Both the position numbers and the translations under genes were made by a program. The notes below the pieces were generated by a model. It worked only from the letters and a program-made list of their open reading frames with translations. It was not told the origin of the DNA and made no database searches. Positions 51,321 to 61,731 of a stretch of 64,000 nt of DNA are shown piece after piece (positions within the stretch are counted from its first letter, which is position 1; each line of letters begins with the position of its first letter). Source of the stretch: Patellaria atrata CBS 101060 (Eukaryota); assembly GCA_010093705.1 (NCBI GenBank), contig MU006092.1, positions 874,623-938,622 of the forward strand, read 5' to 3'.

Positions 51321-53244
51321 CTATATCCAATATTTTGCCCAGATAGCCTTTTGCTCCTCAGTCCCTTCAAACTACATGAGAGATGATTCAAGTTAGCTAT
51401 CACGCTTTCGATAGACATGTACAACTGATAACGAACCTTAAAATCAATCTTGGTAATGTCTTGGAAACCTTCTTTCAGATCTGGTTCACGATACCTGGAA
51501 GCGAAACCCGTGAATGCCAGTTTTGGGAGCATTGTTCGCCCTTCCGGATTCAACTGGAACATAATTAGCTACATTGTCGACATCATCAAATAGGATTGAT
51601 ATGGCTTTCTCGCGTGGATACGGGTAATATGCTATGACCACGTTCCTCGACGTCTGGGAGACTTACTGTCGTGCCACTCAAAGCTCGCACCGTATCGTTA
51701 TGTTCACACAGCTTAGCAGATGCGGTGAAAAGTATACAACGGATTGGTACGTTAAATTGTGTGGCCAACTTTATCCAAAATTCCCGGGTTTCAGCGTCAG
51801 CATTGGTATTATCTGTATAGGGGAATCAGTGTTTGTGCTACAATGCTTGATCACCTACGAACGACTTACCGACTGCTACTGACTCCCCATTTTTGAGGAG
51901 ATCGGACGCTACCTTAAGGCACTTATCTCGCTACCGGCATAATATTAGTCGAAGTGAATCAAACGTAGCACAACACGCTCTTGATCAACGGGTCATCGTA
52001 CAGATTTTAGTAAGTCTTGGTTTACTCGTCTATAACCTACCGGCTCAAGATATCTCCAGTAGAAAGAGGACTTTCCCGAGCCAGGGCTTCCACATAATAG
52101 AACGATATCCAGACTATTCATCTTTGTAAACTCGATAGGAGCTACTATTTGTGAGCAATGAACTGCAGAGGATGTAAGAGTCTAAGAACTCTACCATTGT
52201 CAGGAGGTCCTCCTGAGGAACCTGGAAGATACTCTGTAGGTTCAAGGACTCTTGTAAATGGCCTGGGCTCCTCTTTCAAAAAGAACTCCTCGGGCGTCTT
52301 GAAATCTATCCCTATGTTTGCGGCAAAGTCCCTAGCAGTGTTAAATGGATCGACAGAATCGGGAGAGTATGTATATACCTGTCACAACAGGAATGGTCAT
52401 TGGCCGACTTGTGCGCTCTACTCCTACCGCCAGCATCTCCAACGAAAAAGGAGTTCAATAGATCTATTGAGTTAATGCCATCTAAGTCATAGTCCTCGAG
52501 TAGCTCAGTCCACATTCCCACACGAGGTTTGCGATATTGATCCTTCCCCGTTGCTGCATAGACAGATATTGGTATATCCAATTTGGTTAAAACAGCACTG
52601 ACTCTACCCTTGAATCCGGAAAGTCGTTTCTGATCCGCTTTCAAAGATTTGGAGCCCGAACTAAGACTGATACCTCCTTGGTTGCTCATGACGGCAACTA
52701 AATAACTGGGAACGTAGTATATTAGTCTTGCACAATAAAAATTAATAAAGACTGATCATCCTAACCCATCTTCATGAAGTCTTTTCAGAGTAGTTGGTAC
52801 GGTACCATGCCACCACTTCCAATCGTTTGCGTCTCTGCTGAATACATTTCCAGATGCAGGTGTAACAAGAGTAGAATCCTATATCAGAAGTACTTAGCGA
52901 AAGAAAAGGAGTCTGATAGATGGAGTTCCCATACGAAGTCGAAAACTGCAATCTTGCGACGCTTCGGTGCTGGTTCCGTGCTACTCGAATTCTCGTTGGG
53001 CTGATATCGTCCGATCAACAGACTTTCGTGAACAATTCGCCAAGTTATGTCTTCCGGTTCCTTTTGCGAGACGGGCTTGAAGAAATTGGCAACAGCTTTA
53101 CCTAGATCAGGTCAGGTAAGCCGATGATTGAAGTCTGCAGCTTTGCTCACTGGTCGTTGTGGACTGCTGCTTTCGTTTGAGGGGTGGGGGAGAGAGACCG
53201 CGATCTTCAGCACTCGCTCTCTTTAAAGACCTGGTTGTATTCAT
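51321..53244 (-). CDS. PNK1: Bifunctional polynucleotide 3'-phosphatase/5'-kinase (PNKP); ~10 exons
   Basis: HAD motif FDF|DSTL; SNQGG; YRKPRVGMW; FFVGDAGGR; DHSCCD|RDFAANIG; Walker A CGSPGSGKS; VD|NTNAD; HNDTVRAL; ends IWAKYWI. Confidence 0.93.
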
Positions 53245-53779
53245 TACGATAGCACGTCGAATGTAAAATAACATGTAACTTGATGGATCTTGTTCATGGA
53301 AGTGTGGAAGTAGTGGAATTTGTAAGCTGGAAGAAACGCGAGGCAAGCGCCAGCTTTACTCGCGATCACGTGCCAAGTCCAATTCCGGAGGGTTTAACAT
53401 GCAGCTCAGAGGATATCACTCTATATATTGAGTACTAAGGGTATCTGGTTGCCTAAATCTCTTAGAGCAAATCTCTTAGAGCCCGTGTGTTGTGCTCAAT
53501 CTAGTCTAATTAACGTCCTAATAATTTTCGCGAGACTCTCCTTCAGGTCTATGCACTACTATGCGGTACTCTACTCTCCACCCCTTTCTCCTCTCTCCCA
53601 GTGCGGATCTGTATACCAATAGGAGCAGATACGTTGAACCATTGTTGGATTTAGGCAAGGTAGGTAAGCAGCTCATCCATCATATATGCACGCCTTAGAA
53701 GGACCCTGAAATCGCTCCATGGGTCGTTTTGGCCCTCAATTTTCTGTTTCAATACCATGTATACTTTTAGTGCTCATGC

Positions 53780-54586
53780 TCACTTGATGCGGGTGTCCAG
53801 AGAAAGTCTATCCACGACGGTTAAGTCCACAATACCCTTAACCTGATCTTTGAATTTAGTCAATTCCGCTAGAGCCTTCTTGATGATTTCTGGTTTGGGT
53901 TCCGAGATCCTGATTGAAGCTTGTATTACATAGCCGGTTTGAGCTTTGAAAGGATTCAAGTCATTCAAGGGTAAAAGCTGTTCTCTAGGTGCTTGTCGCG
54001 AGCGCATCTCTGGGGGAAAACGGAGTAGCCTATGAAGCAAAACTATAACATTTTCGTGAACGACTCTGTGACCTTCTAATATATGTTCGGATAAATAACT
54101 AAGAGTGGATTAGTACAGCTTCAAAGCTAGTGTAAGACTGCCATACTTGTAACCAAGCGCATTCATCCACGCATTCGGGTCACCTTCATTGATGGCTGTG
54201 ATTGCAACCATTCTTTGTGAGGCCTGCTTCATGCTCGGTTCTGGCACATCGTGGAACTGAAAAGACCATGAACCAGCCGTTGATTTACCGTTGGATTGGA
54301 CCGTCAACTTTTCACTGTTAAGGTCATCATCAGTGAGCGATTGCACCAATTTCGTGTAATATAAATCTTTGACCTGTGGCTCCTGACGGTTCACCTTCGC
54401 GTTTTGAACAACCTGGCTCCCTCCTGTATGGATACTTGCTCGTTGGACTTGACCGCGATAAGGCCTATAAATGGCATGTCGTTCGATAACACGCTGTGGT
54501 TGCATAGCAGCAAGGCCGGCAAGGATCTTCAAGACCGATTCATGGCGAAGATCTGGCACCTGACCGAATAGCAAAATCTCATGCAT
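53780..54586 (-). CDS. MED18: Mediator subunit 18 (Srb5); 2 exons
   Basis: MHEILLFGQV...LKILAGLAAMQPQRVIERHAIY; WSFQFHDVPEP; ALGY; GYVIQASIRI; VDRLSLDTRIK. Confidence 0.9.
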
Positions 54587-55205
54587 AGTTACTGCCTCGA
54601 GGTTGTTATGCTCCTCCACAGAACTGATATGAGGTGTAAGGGAATAGGACCAAGGGGGTAGAGGAATAGAGGATAGAGGATGGAAATGTCGGAAAGAATG
54701 CCTGTTTATGGACTAGACTGAGCTGTTGAAGAGGTTCCGTATGTCCATATCTGGTTTTATGCGCTTCAGCAATACAATACTGTTCGAGTTTTGGGAATCA
54801 GAACAGATGTTACATATTGCTTCAGCGAGTTAGGATAGGTATAAGAATTGAAAGCCGTGGGGTTGTGTCGACGATAGAGCATGTTTTGGCGAGTGCCGTA
54901 GAGAGAGTGAATAGTCCGGAGAAAGTTGTCACACCACTCTTGTATCGGCTTCCTCGCATGGGTCTTTGAGCTTCTGGAGCTTCCACTTACGCTTTTTGCT
55001 TTTCCAAAACCTCCGAAGTCGTTCTCGAGCACTTCTTTATAAAATCCCAAACCTTCCCCACATCAGACCTCAATCCACGCCCCATTGCTACCTAGAATCA
55101 GGTTACAGGCTTTTGAAGCCCTTTTGCCCAACCGTGAAGCCAACCAGACGGACAAAACCCAACCAATTCTCCCACCTAACACCGCAACATCCAACCCGCA
55201 CAACA

Positions 55206-55633
55206 ATGCAAGCGACACGCCGTCTCCTTCAACATAGACAGCCTATGATCCGCTTCTTGGGCAAGCGATCACCGCCTAGTAGTATGTGTTACCTGTATTG
55301 CTTTCGAATCACACAGTATCAACGATTGACCGTGAATCAGAGGTTGACCATACGCCTCATGCGCATCCCGCAGCACCGTCAGATGCCCTTCCTGATTCCT
55401 TCGCAAGCTATCGCCAGAAAGCTCAACAACATGGCCCCCTAATTCACAAATCCCCGATACAATACTCGTACGGCGCCATTGGTGGTCATAGTGGAGCATC
55501 TCTAGGCCCAATCAATGCCGATAAGGGCCAGTACTTCGACCGCAGCGAGCTACCCACCAAGTTCGGACGCTTGACCTGGACTCAAGTTGAGATCGAAGCA
55601 GTCGAGTCCGGCGGTGCCAGTCTTTTCGGCTGA
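55206..55633 (+). CDS. KGD4: Mitochondrial Kgd4/Ymr31 (MRPS36-like) alpha-ketoglutarate dehydrogenase subunit; intron 55282-55340
   Basis: MQATRRLLQHRQPMIRFLGKRS; DHTPHAHPAAP; FASYRQKAQQHGPL; FDRSELP.KFGR...EIEAVESGGA. Confidence 0.88.
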
Positions 55634-57837
55634 GCGAAATTGATGCCCTGTTTGATGAAATTGACATGTATCCATGCGGAAATTGGATGCTGCACATATG
55701 AAGTGACCACGAGCGTCAAGAAGGATGGGGCCAGAATGTTGTCAAAGGAAATGTACAGCTCGGATATGGCGAACATCCCTCAGATGAACAGCTTGCGGAG
55801 GAAGGTATACCCTAGATCTTCAACCTTATTCTTTTGATTTTTATACTTGCATGGGAAGTTGCACTGATTGGTAAGGTTGCTTAAACTGACGAGTGGGAAG
55901 GTCCTGTATGAAGTTTTTCTAACAAAATAATATTGCTCGTTCAAACGTCTGCTATCTCCGCTAAGCTGTTGCGCGTACCATCCCAGATACATTTCGGTGC
56001 TAACCTCGTCATAACCTACTTAGCTAACTATCCGCTGACAAGAAAGCTACTGCTGGTACAGACTATACAAAGCCTGAAAGTTGGACGAGAAGTTGTACTC
56101 GATAATATAACGTTACGTATACAGCAGGAGCACGTTATAGTCCTCGTCACAAAGAGGGGGAGATACTATCACAGATTCATCAACGGAACCTCTCTGCCAT
56201 ACTCGAAGGAAACTACCAGTCCATATAAGATCTAGGAAATTTGTTCGACAAACCTAAGAAGGACGAGTCGATTGGTAGCACAATCTCACCCTCCATATTC
56301 GCCATTTAGGACATGTAGCGTCCTCATCCCAAGTGAACCCTATTATACGTAGACACTTTTGAAACCAGAGAGTCTTATCACTATCAATACAACTAGAGAT
56401 CGGTTCCACCGTTCTTATGGTTCTTATATATAAATATGACTGATACGCCCCACCGAACTGTCTTCTATTTGAGTATGGTCTACTCAGTGACAAGCGACAT
56501 CTCCTATTTAACAAAATGGGTAAAGCTATTCGTACGGGTGCGCAGCCGCCGTATGTTTTCATATTTCGGGTGCGGCACAGTCGGAGAACCCTTTGAAGAA
56601 AGAGTGTGCCGTAACTGAGGCCGCAACTGAAATGAGAAGAGACTAGTTTTCAATGTCCGGAGTATGTACTATCATTCCTCTACTCTTAGCACATCAAGAC
56701 AACCAATACCTACTGCGGTAAGAAGAGGCTTTCTCAATTTAGTGGTCCACATTCATAGCTACTGTATCCGCGTTCTCTTTTGTCACGACCTCTAGATTTA
56801 CACTACTCTCTTCACCCACCTCCGGCGAGAAAATCACTTAAAAAAGCATTACAGAGTCAGTTTCGCGTCTCAAAAGGCCTTTCCATATTCTATATACCCA
56901 TTACCATGTCAAAACCCAAAGCTCCTATACCTCATGATCCTACTTTTTGTGGCCATGAGCTATAGATAACTCCCTATATATCAGTCATTTATCTAGTCTC
57001 TCTATGAGTAACACGCTTAGGTCAAACCCAATTTACTATACGAATATTTCTTCTACGGTTCGAGTATCGACCCATATGCCTATTCACAGATCCTTGTGCA
57101 ATACAGTCCGAATATCGAACCATATGCTTCACACAGGCCCTTCTACAATATCCTTATTCTATGTTTAATTCCAACCTCACGAACGACCACTAGTCCACTA
57201 CGCAGCAAGAGACCGACCAACCCGCCGGCAATCACAGACCCGAGGTCCAAACTCCAAAGCATCACCTCAATCAACACCCTTGAGCAAATTTCCTCAACTG
57301 AATAATTCCGATTTCTTCTATAATAGCAGAAAAAGAAGCCAAATCTAGCCATTTCCAGTAGGTTCAAGTAACCCACTCTCCCAAAGGGCTCAGGACGTAA
57401 TGACCAGGATATGGGACCATGGATCTTCGGTCTTGAATAAACGAATTACTGGAGCAAATGTTAACACTGACGCTCGAGTGGAGAGCGCGGTCAAAGGAAT
57501 TGTTTATACATGGTGAGAGAGCTATAAATTCCGGGACCCGTGAGCGCATTCCTAATGGGATATATACTGAAATACTACGATTGGGTTTATAGTCGGTGTA
57601 GTTTACGATCTTTCATAGCACTGGAATGGATGTTGGAGGGTACTTAACTGCCCGTAGATTCATCCGGTTCGCTGCGTCTATGCACCTATACCAAGATGGA
57701 TAGTGTCCTCGGAATGTGTGTTAGGGATAGGCTTGATCTTGATTCCTTATCCTAAGATCTAGTATGTTCTGTATGGTTCACCTTACCCTGTCTGTTATGT
57801 GCCCATCTGAAAATATGGAAGTGATCAGATTGTGCAA

Positions 57838-57927
57838 AATGACTGGACTGTACAAACCGACTGGACTGTGCAAAATGACTAAACTGTACGAAATGACTGG
57901 ACTCTATAAAATGGCTGGACACCGCAA
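57838..57927. repeat. Degenerate 18-bp tandem repeat x5 (consensus AAATGACTGGACTGTACA)
   Basis: Units aaatgactggactgtaca / aaccgactggactgtgca / aaatgactaaactgtacg / aaatgactggactctata / aaatggctggacaccgca. Confidence 0.9.
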
Positions 57928-59388
57928 AACAACAGCTCGGATAACCTCACCCATACGAGATCTAATGAATAGTATACAACAACCGGATATCACAAAACAA
58001 CCTTACAGCGGAGCAAGTGAACAATCTAACAAGGCTCTCAACCGCCCATTCCCACAAACAGATCAAAGACCAACATCCAAGAATCTCATACAACCCGATC
58101 TTCAACAACCGATCCATATAAAGCATATAACAACCATGGGCTCATGCGCGACAAGACTATCTTTCACACCAGTGGCGGGAACAGGAAGCACCCGTCCCTA
58201 TAACGCTTCCTTCCCTTGATACTGATCATCCCCTCGAATCGACAGTATCTACCCTTCTTATCTATCGATGGATGGCCTTTGGCCTAGACGAGGTTCCAAA
58301 TACCAGATACGCTAATGTCGATATGCAAAGTCATGATCGCTGAACATCGTGTTTCACATATATCATAAACCCATCATGGTGGGGCGATTCTGGGATCTCG
58401 ACCATGTGTACGATAAAGGCAAACGTTTTTTGATAAACGAGCGTAGTAAAAGAGAAATACGATGATAGTATGAGGACATATTCACACGACATTCTTATTT
58501 CGGCAGGTCAATTTCTGTTGTTGATGTTGCTCTACTGTTTCACCATAATATCTGATCGTACAAATTAATGGGCAATGGCTATTACCAATCCCGACCCCAC
58601 GCTGCGTATGTACATCAGAGAAGATATTATAGGTTCGAAGGACTTGGTATTCTTATCATGTGCCTGCGAGGATTAAGAAAGGACGTGCTATCAAGCTCAA
58701 GAAAGTAAGCAGACCCAAGTGATTAGAAGGATAGTGACAAGAGGATCCGGACCAGTCTAAACGTGATATGCAAGGCAGAGAGAGATGACAATATAAGATG
58801 ATATTAATTATATTTGTGAGAAAAGCGTTGCTAATCGTTTGAAACGCTCTTATCTAGTCCTCCCAGTACGCAGAGTTTAGAACAGAAGGGATATCATTAA
58901 TCCAAATTCCCCCACTACTCAAGACCGAATTTTGCTGAACCGGTCATTGCGCTATGAACATGAGACTAAATGGAATGTCAAAAAAGCATGTTTGAAAACA
59001 AGACTTTAACGCCAATACCCTACATAATGTGATCGTAATCCGTGCAGTCGCACGATCATCATGCGAACATAATTCTTACATATACAGAATATAACGAGAA
59101 CTTGAAGGAGATAAGAGTAACCAAAATTTCAAACCAAGATTTCGCTCAGACATAGTAACTAGACATAATACAGTGCAAAGAGGAAATAGCCACACGATTC
59201 GCTAGAGCTTGAGGACGACTGATAGTGCTGGACGCCGGTGAAATGAGACACTGGAACCAAAGCCAGAGATGCAACCGTAAGTCTATTGGATTTTTCGGTG
59301 ACCACTTCATAGGAAAGTAGAGATTTTGGCGCCGAAGAATAGACGATAGGACTTAAGAAGGAGAGATATACAGAGATATGCCAGGATT

Positions 59389-61731
59389 TCAGTCACGACC
59401 ACCCCTTCTGCGGTGCTTTCCAGGGAAATCAACCTCTGGATGAACAACACGCATATGCCTGGTTAGAGCATCGTTTCTCGAAAAGGTCTTGTCTTCGATG
59501 CACAATGCACACCTGACTTTCTGCTTCCTGGCATTATGGATAGTATCCTCATGTCTTGTGAGATCATAAGGGCGTGAAAATACAGTGTTGCAGGGTTTAC
59601 CAGTCGTCGGATTGATGCGCTCACACTTGTGCGGGCCCGCTTGACTGTTTCTGGCTAGAAGCGCGGCAGACGTCATGCCGCTCCCCAGACCCGATCCGGA
59701 TGTTCCCATATTGGAAACCTGGAGGCCGTTATTGTTCTGTCGATGACCCTCTCGTTTGTGTTTCTGCAATTTCTGAGGCGTCTCGAACCGGAGCGTGCAC
59801 CCATGGTAAGTGCAGGTGTATGTTCCCCGATCGGCGACCGTCGATTCCGGCTTCGATGCAATATTCGAAGAAGCACTCGTGGTCGTCCTCACGTCATGAT
59901 GATCGTTGTTGCGATTATCATGATTAATGTGATTATTACTCGAATTATTCGAGTGCACAATCGAACCTTGGCTGCTGGGCTCTGCACCTGCGTCGCTGGC
60001 CGAAGATTCCATCGATGTAAGGTGCGCAGGGAATTCTGGGGTCTGCTCCGGCACGGGTGCCGACGTTGACCGATACCCTTGCGCTGAGAAAGAGAGTCCG
60101 TGCATTCCGGGTATTGACGGCGGCACAAATGTAAACTGAGCTGGTAGTCCGGACTGTACCGAGTAATTCGACGAGCTCTCTCTTCGAGGTGTTGTCCAAG
60201 CTTCGCCGCGACTCGATGCCATGCTGCCATAGCTGTGCTCTGAGTTTGCGTCGTAATGAGTGGCGTCTTGATAGTGTTCGCCACTGGTAAACTGTTGGTC
60301 TTCCGGAAACAATGGCATCTTCGAATCACCTTCGCTCTCGTTGTATTCTAGGAGCGCATCCTTTGGTGATATGGTTTTAGGCTCTGACTCCGTTTGTGGC
60401 ATGTGCTGTCTGAGCGCTTGCGCATCAGCTTCTGCCTTTTGAAACTCACGGGCCTGCTGTGCAGTTGCTAACCGTGCATTCGGCGATCCAAAACCTGTCC
60501 CCGCTTGGGGGGCGAGTGGCGAATTCTGTCGGAATGGAGAAACACCTCGTGATCCTGATGTTGAGGGTGACTGTGAACGAGCCTTGTTTGCGGCCTGTAA
60601 CCGTTCGGACACAACATTGCGAAAGGGCGAGAGAAGGGTGGGATTCTGTTTCAGTTGTTTGGGAGCTTGAGAAAATGGTAGAGCGCTGTTAGGGTTGTAC
60701 AGCTCGTCTTGATAGGCATCCGACATTGTCCTGTCAAGCTTTGGGAAGGTATGTCTGATCATATCTGGTTGTTCATCGAAAAGTAAGTATTTACCAAGCC
60801 AGAAGTCCATTGCCAGAGAGGGTATAATCTCACCATTAGAGGGTACCTTAAATCCATCCTCGTCGAAGTCATCCTCGTGTGTGGTATGCGGCGTTGCAGG
60901 CGAATGAGCTCCACCAAAGCTTGAAACTGAATGTCTTGAAGAATGCGAGAACCCAGGTAAATCCTCCTCTTGCGCGTGATGATCTATCAACGCATGCTTC
61001 ATTGCAGCATGAGCGGCCATTTTAGGCTCGAAGGTGGAGTTTTGCTGTGCGAAGTTCTGATAGCCTGAGGCCATGAATGTGTCTTGAGTTGGAGTGTGAG
61101 AGGGCGTGGGTAGATGATGATTCGAGAAGTGCCCAGAGGGTTCGTCAGCTCCGTAGGATGACTCAGTCTTGGTTGGCGGCGAATGATCGGAATTGGCGAG
61201 GAAGGCGAATGAGTTTGAGCTGCCCTGGGAGTACTGAGCTGAACCATTCGATTGTATCGATGAAGTAGACGTTGCGCGTTGGTGCGACCTCCTTCTCGAG
61301 TTCGCAGGAATGTGCATTGCGTGTGACGCTTCCAATTGCCCGTTGCTCATGTTGTAAATGTTCCAATGGTTCGTATTGTTGCTCTCGTTTACCTGCGACA
61401 TGGATTGATCGAAGCCCGTAGGCAATTGAGGAATAGGTGTGGATTGCTGAATTCTGATATCTGGCTGCGGTAGATCGTATGCGCCAGGCATGTACAGAGC
61501 CTCAGCTAACTCGGGGGCTGAAAAGGACGCCGTGGATGCGAGATAATGTTCGATCAGTTTTTGGTCGTATTGAGGAGCGGAAGGCGTATAGAGCGGATTG
61601 TTGGAGGTTGTGTTGAAGTAGGATGCGGATGGTGGTGGAGAAGGCAAGTGGTGATTCAGTTGTTGTGTTGAGTTAAGGTTGATGTTCTGAAGACTGTCTT
61701 GACGTCTACTGGTAGGAAGGTGTACCAGCAT
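59389..61731 (-). CDS. RPN4: C2H2 zinc-finger transcription factor, Rpn4/Rsv2 family; possible in-frame intron 60833-60765
   Basis: YTCTYHGC...HKREGH; HKCERINPTTGKPCNTVFSRPYDLTRHEDTIH...CALC...TFSRNDALTRHMRVVH resembles yeast Rpn4 fingers; first ATG at 61731. Confidence 0.82.
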   Translation of the reverse strand: MLVHLPTSRRQDSLQNINLNSTQQLNHHLPSPPPSASYFNTTSNNPLYTPSAPQYDQKLIEHYLASTASFSAPELAEALYMPGAYDLPQPDIRIQQSTPIPQLPTGFDQSMSQVNESNNTNHWNIYNMSNGQLEASHAMHIPANSRRRSHQRATSTSSIQSNGSAQYSQGSSNSFAFLANSDHSPPTKTESSYGADEPSGHFSNHHLPTPSHTPTQDTFMASGYQNFAQQNSTFEPKMAAHAAMKHALIDHHAQEEDLPGFSHSSRHSVSSFGGAHSPATPHTTHEDDFDEDGFKVPSNGEIIPSLAMDFWLGKYLLFDEQPDMIRHTFPKLDRTMSDAYQDELYNPNSALPFSQAPKQLKQNPTLLSPFRNVVSERLQAANKARSQSPSTSGSRGVSPFRQNSPLAPQAGTGFGSPNARLATAQQAREFQKAEADAQALRQHMPQTESEPKTISPKDALLEYNESEGDSKMPLFPEDQQFTSGEHYQDATHYDANSEHSYGSMASSRGEAWTTPRRESSSNYSVQSGLPAQFTFVPPSIPGMHGLSFSAQGYRSTSAPVPEQTPEFPAHLTSMESSASDAGAEPSSQGSIVHSNNSSNNHINHDNRNNDHHDVRTTTSASSNIASKPESTVADRGTYTCTYHGCTLRFETPQKLQKHKREGHRQNNNGLQVSNMGTSGSGLGSGMTSAALLARNSQAGPHKCERINPTTGKPCNTVFSRPYDLTRHEDTIHNARKQKVRCALCIEDKTFSRNDALTRHMRVVHPEVDFPGKHRRRGGRD

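Noticed and set aside
57838..57927. Tandem repeat considered as a CRISPR-like array
   Set aside because: No spacers, degenerate contiguous units, eukaryotic context, no cas genes
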